From the human T2T-CHM13v2.0 reference genome, Homo sapiens: a stretch of 64,000 nt of DNA. The DNA lies in assembly GCF_009914755.1 (NCBI RefSeq), contig NC_060936.1. One strand, written 5' to 3'. The stretch's first letter is position 1; each line of letters starts with the position of its first letter. Positions 12,801 to 26,599 of this stretch are shown here, piece by piece. The position numbers were made by a program, and so were the translations under genes. Below the pieces are notes generated by a model. That model saw nothing but the letters and a program-made list of their open reading frames with translations. It was not told the origin of the DNA and searched no databases.

Positions 12801-15079
12801 GTTACAATTGATCATAGGATTATTACTTAATAAATCTTGAGTCCTGATTATGTCAATCGCACTATATAGGCTAATGTGATCATTTCACAGGCCTCTCAGA
12901 AATGAGCTACCCAGTATGTAACACTTAAGATACCATTTTTTAAAAATGAAGATGTACTGGACTAAAAAGTGTTTTACAAAATTATTTTAAGGTAAACTAA
13001 AATATTTTTATTACTACAAATCAACAGCTTTGTAAAGAAAAAATGTGAAGGATACAAAAAGAAGAGGTAAGGATTAGTTTTCCACGTGGGGTTCCATACT
13101 GTTCTGACTATCTTCAGGTTCCCATCAAACTCTGAACCAGCAAGGTTTGGGAGGTGACAAGGTAGCAACACAGATTAGCTTCTGATGACTGTTTTGAAGA
13201 GTGAGCAAAGGTAAATAACCACATGTCTTGAGACCCTTATACTTATGAGCCCAGCTAGATGAAATAATGACTTATTGACACAGAGACCAAGGACATCAAA
13301 GATGCCCAGGTACTCAGGAGCAAGGTGACTAGGAACAAGTAGCCCACCACTGCTTTTAAAAAACACAGTCAATAAATAATCATACTCATCTATGTAACCA
13401 TAGCATGAAGGTCTGACTGGTGTACTAAAATTTGGTTGTGACAGCTAGACTTGTGTCAAAAGCTTAGCAATTTTAGCTACAGAAAAAAAAAAATGTCTTG
13501 TTACAAAATGTATTTTGAGTAGAGAACTTCTGGTCCCATAGAGGTTTCAGGAACTTCTACCAAAACAAAAGTTTTGGCGGAATTATTTTCAGACAGTAAA
13601 TGAGCATTATGTCTTGCATTGATTTAAATATGCATCTTTTGGGCAAAACACCAATAAAATTTAAGCAAATACCAAATAGAAATAGAAATTTAAAATTCTA
13701 AGAATAAAAAATGCCATTTCAAGACATTCTCATAGATGATAGAAGGTTTTGACAGTTATTACCACTTTCACTCAATCACTCACAAAAATTACATAGTGTC
13801 TATTTTAGAACAGATAGTCTTCTGCAATCTATATTGATTATTGCATATTTCCTGCCCTATGTAATGGGTGATATGAACAATAAGCACTATAAGGCAATGT
13901 GATAAGTGCTAGGATATATGTAAACATAAAATCAGATACTATAATCAATACAAGCTATGAAAAGTGAATACAGTTTGATGATCCACACTCCACAAATAGC
14001 CTCCTTATGAATATTTCCTTACAGACTGAATTTTGAAGTAGAAAAATGTAGGAAACAACATCAGGAACTTCCAAGCTTTCTGTGACTTATGTGCTAACTT
14101 TTCTACCAAATTGTATTCCCAAAGAAGCAAATCATTAACAAGGAGATGTACTTTACCCTAAAGCCTTCTGTGTCAACCCAGTATTTTAAGCATTTTAAAT
14201 AATTCCAGAGTATGCATTGATTTTGAAAACCCTGTGATTTTTTTAGAGTTGATTTTAATAGACGTCTAGTGGTCAATTCTGAACTCAGAATGGCTTCACA
14301 ATCCCACTTTCCCCCTTATAGCTTTTCCCTCTCTCCCCCACACTCTCCCTCTTCCTCCTTCTTTTACTCTCCTCTTCTTTCTCTCATTCTGTTTCTTTCT
14401 TTCTCCATTATTTGTCTTTAATAGACTATTCAAAGTCCCAGAGTCCCAGAGCCTTATAAAGGTCTTGCTCTGCACTTCTGAAGGCACATCTAAATTACTG
14501 CACCCTCAGAACAATTTCATGCTAATCTTATAAGATTTTATAAGATCGTACTTCATTTTTCCCTGTGTCTGAGGTTATTGCTATTATGATGTACTTATAA
14601 AACTCTTTAAGTAACTTACCACTGCCAAAAATAGTATTACAATATTATCATATATCCAAAAGCTGATTTTAATAATCACTTTGATCTTCAAAAGATAACT
14701 TATTCATTGAGAAGTCTGGGATTTTCTTCAAAGTCAGAAAAATATAAGCTTTTTGGTAAATTGACATGGATAAGATTAAAGAAAAATTTCTGCTATTAGA
14801 GATTTAGAAACTATTTAGAATACCAAATCCTCAAAGAAGTAAAAATAAAGTATGGAAACATAAGAAGTCTAGGTATTTTAGAATCATATACCTAAGATTA
14901 AAGAATTAATATCTGGAAAAGAGTTCATTCTTTTTAAAAAGCAGCATATGTTCTTAGTGCTACTGCATCGTAACATAATTCAAAATCTAAAAGACTAAAG
15001 CATATTAATGAATCTGAACAAAATAGTAAAAGAATATCGAAACCATCAAGCATCAGTTATTACACTTATATCTGTTTTA

Positions 15080-16150
15080 ATCATAGCAACCACAAAACAA
15101 TTGCTGTCTTTTGGCAAGCCTCAAATATAAACGTTTCCAGGAACAGCACGACAGATCGGTAAAGTGCAAAGCAACTCTTGATTCTTGCATTGTTTCTTTG
15201 TGATGTGATGTTTCTCACTAAACCCAAACAAAAACTGACACAAGAAAAGAGCGTATTGTGCCATGGAGAAATCATACCACTGCACGGTCCAACTTTATTT
15301 TATTACAAAACAAATGTTAGACACATCTGCAGCCATTCCTTATATTATTCATTTTTATGCCCTTTAATCCTCAAAACGAGGGTGCTTTCTGATCACGAAT
15401 AAAAATTTGCAAAGTCGAGCATATTTCACAAAGGAATAAATAATCATTATCTGTTGCCTGTGATCTGTTAGTGCTTCCAGTCATGGCTGTGATATGAGTG
15501 TACTCACACATGTGTGCACACACGCCTACTAATAGAAAAAAAAAGATTTTCTGTAAGCAACTTATAACCAGGAATCAACTGGCAGGTGTGTGAAAAGATT
15601 CAGGTTAGGAAAGGAGGCACTGGCATGGATTTATTGCTGTCATGACCATTAAGTCTTGATAGAACTAATTGATTTTGCTCTTTTCACTTTTTAAGAGGTC
15701 GAGCTGAAGTTCCCTTTTATGAGATTGGGTAATGGAACAAGTGGTGAACTGAACTAAGGACTTTGTGACATACATTAGAACTCTGGTGTTATTTGGTCCT
15801 CTGAACACAGAAGGAATGTCCAACAAAGAGCCATATCAGAAAAGTATGTAAAATCTTAAATTGCTACAACAGCTGAGCGAAGAGAATAGTTCTATTGAAA
15901 GAAAATTAATGAACAAGTGTCAAAATGGACAGTTGGTGTCAATTCCTAGAGGATTTGGAAGTGAGAAGTGGAGTTGAGGAAACCATGTTAATAAGCTCTT
16001 GTTTGCATAATAAGAACGTCGTACCTCACCAAATATCCATCATAGGAGTCATGCTTGTCACAGTTCACATTAAAGCGTTTCACAGAAAAGAATGCTTTAC
16101 TATGCGTCATGGAAGCACCTTATTTTGTTGATCTCCAACAGCATATGATC
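15080..16150. promoter_or_regulatory. Candidate muscle enhancer ~9 kb upstream of MYF6 / ~18 kb upstream of MYF5 (A17-like position)
   Basis: No recognisable repeats; E-boxes at 15311, 15324, 15576, 15583, 15870, 15930; MCAT CATTCCT at 15334-15340; several GTCATG cores. Confidence 0.45.
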
Positions 16151-18699
16151 ATCTATTTTCGTGGAAACAAATTTAGAAAGGAATTCTACACTCAGCTTAT
16201 GTGGTAATTCTTGGATCAAACTGTGCCCATCATTTTGAGAAAGAAAAGACCCTTTCAAGCCCAAGCTAACTTATTTCTAAGTGAGTTTAAAATATGTTAA
16301 CAAACCAAGATGTTTTGTTTTAGCCTCTTTCAGTTGTAATCCCATTTAAAACTAAATTCTCTCTATTCTGTCAACTAATAAATAAGTAGTAGTTTTTTTA
16401 AATTTTTGATTATTAAATCTCACTAAAAGCATAATTAACACAAATTGAAAATTTCAAGTGTATTCCATCTCTATCTTAGGAATACTTTATGTGAAAGGTA
16501 TTTCTTAATAAAGGCTTTCTTTATAAATGGCTTACATAAAATAATTTGCTAAACTTCAGTATAATTTATATTAATAAACCAAATATAGCAAAAATAATTA
16601 TATCAAAATGTAATTTGTTTCAGCATATCTAATGGGAGACTAAGAAAATAAAATTTCTCTTCCAAAAGATCCTACAATGCCTTTTTCCATGTGCTCCTTT
16701 GTAGAAAAAGTAAGATCAGTATTTGCTTTTATTTTTCTCTTTATCTCTATCAACCATATTTACATTTAGCCTTCTCAATAGTTAGACACCTCAGTAATTT
16801 CAAGTGAGCATAATATCCTCAAAACATGTGATGTCCAATTGGAAAAGACTGTCCTATCCATGAGAGTTAGATATGGCTAGTTGTTCACAGGATCTGTGTA
16901 TTGGTTGTAGACACCTTCTACCTGCTAAGATCCCTTGCTCGCTCTCAACCCTAGTCCTTGTTATTACTGTAAGTGGAGCCGACTAATTGGGGAAAAGAGA
17001 AAGACAGGATATAAGAGCATTGTGTAACTTAGTATTTGGAAAATGTGTTTTCTCCACATTTACCCTACAATAGTGCACTAAATTATTCCATCTTTTTCCT
17101 TTTGCTTCTCACTGTGTGTTTTAAAATAATGAATCAGACCATGTGTTTTGAGTATCTTCACTTGAACATCTATTTTGTGACCTCTGAGACAGGCTGCCTG
17201 TACGTAGTAGTGTACATGGAAAATACCATTGTGTCATTATTTGCTAATGGGACAATACGTAGGTCCAAATCTCAGCCATCAGTTACCAACATGCCTCTTT
17301 GGGACATGTGACTGAAAACAAAACAAAACAAAACAAAAAAGAAACAAAAAAACAGAAGTTAGCCTGAAGTTTCCCAAATAAACACTCAAAGCTCCTGTAA
17401 GGTAGGTAACTCCTAGAAGACTATTCTTTTGGTCGCTGTCAGGAGATTCAGAAGAAAAGCTTCTCTTTAATTATATGAATCAGTGCCATATGAACCAGGT
17501 TTAAGTATATAGCATGCAATCTTGGGCAAATAGATTAACTTATCTTTGCTTTGCTTTCTGTATTTTTAAAATGAAATCAATTATATTATACACTTGGTAA
17601 AATATTGTGAAGATGTAAAGAGATCATTTACTTAAAGTACTTCAACATATAAGGGCCTGCAACTTATTTTTTTTCAGAGTTGAACAATGGCTACAATTTT
17701 ACAAAATAAAAAACTTATATATATTACTACTTTTTATTCTTTTCTTTTGGAAGCACCAATTCTTCAACATTATATTGCTACAAAAGAAGCAGCATAAATC
17801 TCGCGATAGCTTATACTGAAATACAAGAAAGTGAAAAAAATCTATTTAAATGGCTTAATAAAAAGGCCATACTAATATTGTAAAATTCACAGACAGTCTT
17901 TTCTAATATGACAACACTTAGCCCAAATCATATAAAATCAGGGAAGATAAAATTTAATATGATTAATTTTATATGACCAGTGACATGTTGAACATGTAAT
18001 GCCTGTACTTTAAAAAGCTCCAGATTATATGCAATTTAAACACATTATAACTTTCTATCACTCACTAACCTAAAAACTAACATGTATTATCCACAGACAA
18101 AAATGTCTGGACTTTCAAAAAAAACGTGAGATGTAAGTGAATATCTGATTAAACAACTTTTTCTTCCAAACTGGTAGGGAAACTTTATGGAATAAATGTG
18201 TTTGTACAGTGGTGGCTATCTGTCACGGTAGACCCTGACACAGCCATTAAAGCACCAAACATTTTGGGCAATATGTCATAACCAGCCAGTTGGAGGGCAG
18301 TAACAAAATACTTGGCTAACCATACTATACTAGAGACATTTGTTTATCTTAGCAAGCTAGTAACACCAAGCACCACTATAATTGGGGTCATCTGAATATC
18401 ATGATTCATTGCATTTTTAAAAGAATTAAACATCATAGGAAAATCATTCCATATATTTTGGATTTTGAACATTTAAAATATTAGTTGTTTTAGCATCATA
18501 AAATGTTTATATAATATTTTCTTTGAAAAAGGCAATATATACATAATATTATATTGTATTTATATTTAAATAAAAAGTAACAAAATTTGCATTCTATCAT
18601 ATGACATTATGTAAAATTTTGTTCATATAGAAAACAAAAAAGTAGGGTTTGATTTATTGAAGCAACAAGGAATGGATGATTTTTTTTCCTTCAATCATA

Positions 18700-18930
18700 G
18701 CTGAAATAATTTGTGTTGAATGTTGTTTATGTGCTAGATACTGTATATTGGATTTTATTGACATTATTTAACCTTTAAAACAATATTATAAAGTAATATT
18801 ATTTCTATTTTATAGACTAGTTAATTAAAGCTTAGAAAAATTATAAAACATGTCCGATGTCAAATGATTAGCAAGTAGTAGAGCTGGGCCTAGAACTTTG
18901 TCTAATATCAAAACCCATATTTATAATCAC
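18700..18930 (-). mobile_element. MIR SINE, degenerate
   Basis: tatgtgctagatactgt...agcaagtagtagagctgggcctagaac. Confidence 0.55.
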
Positions 18931-19037
18931 AGTAATTTTTTAAATAAAAAATCTATACTTTATATATCCTGCACTCTGTACATTGTTCTTATTTATGAAT
19001 AGATGTATGTCAGTTTCTATGGGCTTTTTCTGGGAAA

Positions 19038-19151
19038 TAGAATGACAAACTCATTCTGACTTGACCAGGATTTCCCCAGTTTTAGCACTGAAAATCTGGC
19101 CTCCTGGGTACCTGCTCAGTCCTAAGCAAACCTATGCCAGTTGGCCCCTCA
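19038..19151. mobile_element. MER81-like hAT (Blackjack) MITE
   Basis: ccagttttagcactgaaaatc...ctcagtcctaagcaaacc...gttggccccct resembles MER81. Confidence 0.65.
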
Positions 19152-22149
19152 CCAGGAAAGAATACTTAACCTGGAAAAAATTCTAATGGTTTCCAAATTT
19201 TAATCTTAAATTCAGAAATCTGAATAAAAGCGGGGGGACGGAGGTGCAGAATTATGAAGAAGGCTTCATGTTTTGCACTGAGGAATATGTGTTTCTCAGG
19301 GAGAAAAGCATTCATTGTCACCTTCCCTGGAAATTATGCCTGAGAATTAAGAAATGAATAGCAGCCTTCTTAAGTGTCGTTTTGCAGCTAGTACATAACT
19401 GAATACAGATTTTTGGAATCAGGAGTGAGAGCAAAGAGCAAAAATGTGTTTCTTGAATTATCTGAAGAGCAGCCTCGTTGGTTCCCCCTTCGCTTGTTCT
19501 AGACTCATTTCCTTGGTGCTGTTTTTAAAAGGGTGCTCCATGGTGGGCCTGGAAACCGAAGCCCTTCCTAATCTAGGTCCAGCCCCATTTCTACGCATAA
19601 CTTCTCACTGCCACTTACTGGAGATTGCAGAAGATTCGCCTTTAATATCTTTCCTTTTCCTCTGCTTGGTTTATGCCCCTCCCCCAGGTTCTCTGAAGTG
19701 ACTCAGATGTTCTGTAGGTCTAAGTGCAAAACTATTTTTACCACAGCGTTTGGGAATCTCTGGGCACAAACTGTCTGCCGATTAGGTAAATTACAGGTGC
19801 AGGAGCTCATGTTACTCATTTAGCTGCCACAAATTGAAAGCACTAATCTGCCTCTTCTGAGTTTTGCCTTTCAGTCAGCGGGCTCCTCCTTTACCTTCTA
19901 TTCTTTATGGCTACTCTCCGCCCTTGCTGGGTGACCCTTCGTCCTGAGGGCTAGCCTGCGTTCTGTTCACTCTGTTTCTCTCCTCTCTCTCTTCTCTCCG
20001 TTCTTCTATACCCTTTTCTTTCTTCTATTTTTCATAGTTGAAAGAGTATAATCATCGTCTATCCGGCCCTCAGTTCTGCTTTATCAGCTGTGGCTGAAAC
20101 TGCTTTCTTTGAATCTGACTATGTAACCAAATTCCCCAGCTATCACCCACACAAATCTCTTCCCTAGTCTCTGACAGTCATCTATGTCTGTTTCTTCCTT
20201 GAGCTTCTTCTGACTGTCACCATCATCATGTTACTTTCCAAAGGCTTTTCAAAAAGCTTGAACTTTGTTCCCTAGAAATGCCACCACAATACCTCAGGAA
20301 CTTCTGTTCCCAAACCATCCTTTTCTCAAGCTTCCTGTTCAGGAGTGACTTTACTGTTACACACTCTTAGAGAACTACATTCCTTTCTTTCAAAGTTCCT
20401 AATTCGGTTATTCATTTGTGTGACTTTTAATTAGTATCTTGTTCCCCAGTAAACTGGAAATTTAATGAGGGTATAAATACATTAAGCTCTGCTACTAGAG
20501 CGACTAGTTTCAATATTTTCACCTTGATTAACACAAATCCCCAAATTTTTCAGAAACATCTTTCTCACCAAATCTAGGTTTTTCAGTGAATTCACTATGA
20601 TTCTTTCCATCAGAGGCCTTACAAATTGAGTAGGAGAATTAATATTTGCTGAGTGCATATTTCATACCATGGGCTCAAAATATATTATTTAATTTAGTGT
20701 GAAAAGAAAGCCTATGATATGTGTAATGTATATGCTTTTTGATCTCTAATAAAACTGTGGCTAGAAACACATACTTAAGAATGGCTAGAACACAGATTCT
20801 GTCTTTCCCCAAAGGTCTCTTCTCTTTCTACCATATATGCAACATTTCCAAAGGCTCATAGCTAAAATCCACTGATGTGAGCTAGCCATAATACTTTCCT
20901 TCCCACTTCTTCCCACAGAAAAGAATTGGGAGGCACTCAGGCTTTTTTTGGGGGAAAAAATCATTTGCAAATGAATAAGCATGAAGTAAGAACAACAGGG
21001 TGGTAAACCACATGAAAACTTCCCATCCTGTCACTAATCTAGTTTCAGATTTTATGATGAATGAAGTCTAGTCCCCTTGGAGTGATTTTATTAATGATAA
21101 TATTATTATTCCCCTGTTATCATTTACTTTTTCCATAATTAAAAAAATATTTGGACTATTTAAAGCTTGGAGGATTGCAGTTTATGTAAAACTGATTTGA
21201 CCACTTGTCAAGGTCTGTGTCTCCAAGTTCTACTGAGAAGTGATATAATTGCAATTACAGGCATCTCATATTTTGTAAACAGTTTGAGTTCCAAGAGTTC
21301 ACTAGTTAGAAGTTTGGCATCAGTGCGTATTTTCCCATTGACCTAATCTAATAAAGGGTGATTATTTCCCACGCTGGCATTTCCTTGTTTTCTCCTCCCA
21401 CCTCCTGCCCTCAACTCCCAAAACAACCACAAAAAAGGGGAAAAATCTGTTTAAACCAGGGTAAACACTCCCACTAATTTTACTGGTCTGAGGTCTAGAG
21501 CGTGTTGGAAAAGGGGATTCATAATTTAATAAGGAAGAATTCAATAGGTGAAAGTTGACTTTATACCAGTAAAAGCCACCCTTGCCTAAGAAGTTGCTCC
21601 TGATCTGCACCCCAAAGCTTTATATACTTTTTTAAAAAAATAATTCTCTTTCTACATTTCTAAACTGGCTCTTTCTCCAGTGGTGACACTTGAATGAAAG
21701 AAACAGAAAAAGGAAAAGGCGAACTTCCATATTTTTTAGCGGGTTCATGATATGAAGGCTCTCTAACATCTATCTGATACCTCTTAAAATCAGTGGCAAG
21801 TCTAAGAATGGTAACACCTTAAATGTATTTCTTCACCCAGGCTTCAAAATTGCTTAGTAGTGATATTTTTCTCCCTTATTTTTCTCTGAACATACTAATT
21901 CCAATAATAAAAGTACTTTTAGAGAGGATGCTACATTTTTGAGGTGGGTTTCATGTTTTTAAAAGTTTAATTTTTATAACATCCTGTAAATATGGACATC
22001 TTTTGTCATTATGCCAATGTTACGGATTAAACATCTGAGAATTTGAGATAGTAGAGTTCATTAAATCCTCACAGGCCCCAAAAGACTATAATCTAGGCCT
22101 TCCCCATCCCAATTCCAAGGCTATTTCTCCCATTTGGTCTGTTAATTTA

Positions 22150-22262
22150 ACTCACCTCTTTAGATTCAGACTCCATGAGAAGAGAGATTTTTTTTAATGC
22201 TTTATCCTTAGCACCTAGGACACTATCTGGCACTTAGTAGGTACCCAATAAATGCTGAATAA
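22150..22262 (+). mobile_element. L2 3' end
   Basis: gcacctaggacactatctggcacttagtaggtacccaataaatgctgaat. Confidence 0.6.
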
Positions 22263-23530
22263 AAAAAATTAGTCATTTTTATCTTAATGTTCTTAATGAT
22301 TTTTATCACAATAATCTTAGTTAACTTTTCAACTTGTCTTCACATTTACAAGAGACAACATAAAGTGTGGTTAAGAGCACAAGCTAATTTTCTATAATAG
22401 ATGTTAGATTATACCCTGAGTTGCTGAAACTTTCAATCTGCAGTTTTAATTGCTGACTTGAGCAACCAAGAAACTGGCGAAAATAGAAAAAAAAAAGTCA
22501 CAGAAGAAGTATTGGCCTCTTGCAACTCTTCTCTCTCCTTCTTACCATTCCAAAAATCTAAGAATAGTATTAAACTTGATAAGGAATAAAAACAGCCAAA
22601 AATATCAAAGCTTAACATCCAGTCTGTGGCTCAATAGAAACTGTGAAGAATCATCTTCTAGAATAGGCGACTTGATTAGCTAATTTCTAAATTATCTGAC
22701 AGTTGATTTCCTGCATTATCTTCACTCTATTCATTTTTTAAAATAAAGTCATAAAGAACACAGCTTATAATCATTACTGCTTGGGGTAGAGCAATAAGAT
22801 TTTATGTTCCCACATAGTTTTTGAGGCACTGACTATAAAGACCAAAACCAAGGTCAACTGACATCCCAAAGGCCAGTTACAGCTAGGAAGTCTTTCTAGA
22901 GCTCTAGGAGGAAAGGTGAAAGGAAGGGAAAGAACAACAAAACAGAGAGAGGGAAGAAAAAGAAAAACCTCTCCAACAGCTATGCTTTATTTCATTCATA
23001 GGAATGAGTCTTTGCCCTAACATGGCTTTATACTACAAATGATAACTACTGTTCATCAAGCAGCTATGTGCTATGTGTTTCACATGCATGGTATCATTTG
23101 ATTGAATCCTCACTAAAACTGTAAGGAAACCACTATCATCTTGAAGACATCAAGATCTAGTACTTACCCATGGATATATACATAGAAATTAACCTTGCTA
23201 GGACTTGATAGTTCTTTGGAATCTAGGGCCCCCGCACTTGACCTTCATATTGTACTGTCTCCCGAAGAACAATACATGTATCTTGTGGACCATGGGCAAG
23301 CTGCAATTTAAAAAATGCTGTTTCCTTGCTCGTGCCTTGGTTGCTAACCTTTCTCACTTAAATCCTATCAAACAACTTATTTGGAGTCAATGGATAGTGA
23401 GAATGCAAAAGAAAAAGTGGTGAGCACACAGTGTGCAGAACTGGAATCATAAGAGAGGCACCTTGGAGGGGGCCACAAGTAAATGCTGAAATATCAAGTA
23501 GCTGTGGTGTGAGTCTTGTTTTCACTAAAA

Positions 23531-23540
23531 CTATTTTTAA
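23531..23540. promoter_or_regulatory. Consensus MEF2 site about 0.8 kb upstream of MYF6
   Basis: CTATTTTTAA (reverse TTAAAAATAG); motif only, and common in AT-rich DNA. Confidence 0.35.
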
Positions 23541-24306
23541 GGAGGAGTTACTACATGTATTGTAACCCCATCCTCTATCCCACTCCCTACCTCATATGTA
23601 ATACTGCTCCACAAATGGAAGGGTACAGAATTCAGATCCTGGTTGCCCCTCTCCCCAAAGGAAAAAAAAAAAAAAAAGATAGTCAAGGACGGTCTCTATG
23701 GAAGGACCCAGAGAATCATTTCATCCAGTATCATGGGATGTGAGCACCCTTCAGCAACCCCCTCCATTTCCCAAATCATCTTGCAGCCTTAGTAAAAGAG
23801 AGGAAAGAGATTTACCTGCTTCTATTGAGGTTGAAGCCTGAAAGTCATGTATAACCTTTGAAGCACTGTAATGGTTTTAATCACAGGAATAGCATCTTTT
23901 TGAGAGGCAGGAGAGAGAAAGGAGCTGAACCACTCTGCAAATATTAACCCGGCTATTTTGGAGCAATGGCTATTGCCTTTGAAATCTTTCATCATGGGTC
24001 TATACTTAGAATTCAGATGAGCGCAGGGGGAGGGGAATAGGGCAATGTTAATCCCCAGTTGTTTTGAAGTTGTCCTGTAAGCAGGTTAGTATCTAAACTG
24101 CCCAAAATGGAAGGGTTCAATGCTTTGTTTAAGTTATGTGATTCTCTCTGTGTAACCTGGTCTGCACATAGATTGTCATAACACTCTGGGAGGTGACACT
24201 TCTCAGTTTTCTTTCAAACTAGATGTTCTAGAGAGCACTAGCTGCAATCACATTGGGAGACTGATGCTCCATGACAGCTAAAAGTTGGATTGAGTTTCAG
24301 GAGCTA

Positions 24307-24359
24307 CTATATATAAAGCTGGGTCGACTTATGTCACTGCACTAATTAAATGCCATCTG
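24307..24359 (+). promoter_or_regulatory. MYF6: MYF6 core promoter: overlapping MEF2 site/TATA box plus proximal E-box
   Basis: CTATATATAAAG at 24307-24318 fits both MEF2 YTA(W)4TAR and TATA; CATCTG E-box at 24354-24359; matches the MEF2/TATA + E-box architecture known for the rodent MRF4 promoter. Confidence 0.85.
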
Positions 24360-24381
24360 GGTGGTTCCTCTGGGTTTTTGA

Positions 24382-24984
<603 letters not shown>

Positions 24985-25080
24985 TGATTAAACGCCTTCC
25001 GCGGGGCCTTAACCTCCAGCTGCTTGGTCTTTTTTCCCTTCCCCCTTTCTCGCCCGCCCCTCCCGCTCCGTCTCTAATGA

Positions 25081-25668
<588 letters not shown>

Positions 25669-26157
25669 TGAGCCTGCGCTTGAGACCTTCTCCACGCAGC
25701 AGGAAGATCCCACCGACCCTTCCTGGCCTAATCCTTTAGATTAGGTCACATTACATTAACATTTAGGAACCCAGACCGAAAAGTTGCTGAAAGGGAAGGA
25801 GACACATTCACAAAGAAAAGTTGCGAAAATTGCGAAATCTGTTGTGCACGCTCAAATGAAAACGCCTTTCGGCTTTGGGCTTTTATTTTTTTGGAACTGC
25901 GAGTGGCTTAGGTCTAGCCTCATTTTGTTTTTGTTTGGTTGGTTTTATACTATATTAACTTTTATTACGGTGATCCTTTTGTGCCATGTTCAAAAGAAGT
26001 TCATTCCTGTCTGAAGTGGGAAAGTTGCATTTAATGTTAGGGGTATTTAATGTATTTTTGTAAATAGTTTAGCACTTTCTTTTTTTACGTAAACCTGAAA
26101 TATATTTTAAATGTGGAATGATGTATATAAAATGTGCGAGGATCCTGGTATTGTAAT

Positions 26158-26163
26158 ATTAAA
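26158..26163 (+). terminator. MYF6: MYF6 polyadenylation signal (ATTAAA)
   Basis: ATTAAA ~490 nt after the stop, ending a U-rich 3'UTR; an alternative AATAAA lies at 26240-26245. Confidence 0.6.
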
Positions 26164-26599
26164 AAGAAGTTTCTATATGAACAAAGTTGGTCCTAATTTG
26201 ATGGAACTGGAAAAATATGTTTGGAGGCATGTGTACAAAAATAAAGAGGAGCCATATTTTAATTTAGACACCACACAAGCCCATTTATTTGGGTGTTTCC
26301 TTACATGCCAATTGAAAGGAAATTTGGCTTTCCTTAGTCTGAATTAAACTGGATACTGTTCTCTCTCTCGTAGACCTCACACTTGTCATTGGAAGTGAAT
26401 AGTGCCCAGAAGAAAAATGTCATTTTTCCTTTTATCAGCATCTTTTTCCGTCTGGTTTTACACTCCTATACCTGGAGATCTGGGTGAGATTTACTTACCC
26501 AAAGTTAACAATGGAATTTTCAATCTAGGAAAATATGGTTGCAAGAAATTACCACACCAAAACTGTGCTCATTTCCCAAAAAGATCTTCAGCGGATTTA

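Noticed and set aside
21250-21620. Possible Tigger-like fragment
   Set aside because: Too degenerate to define termini or family by eye
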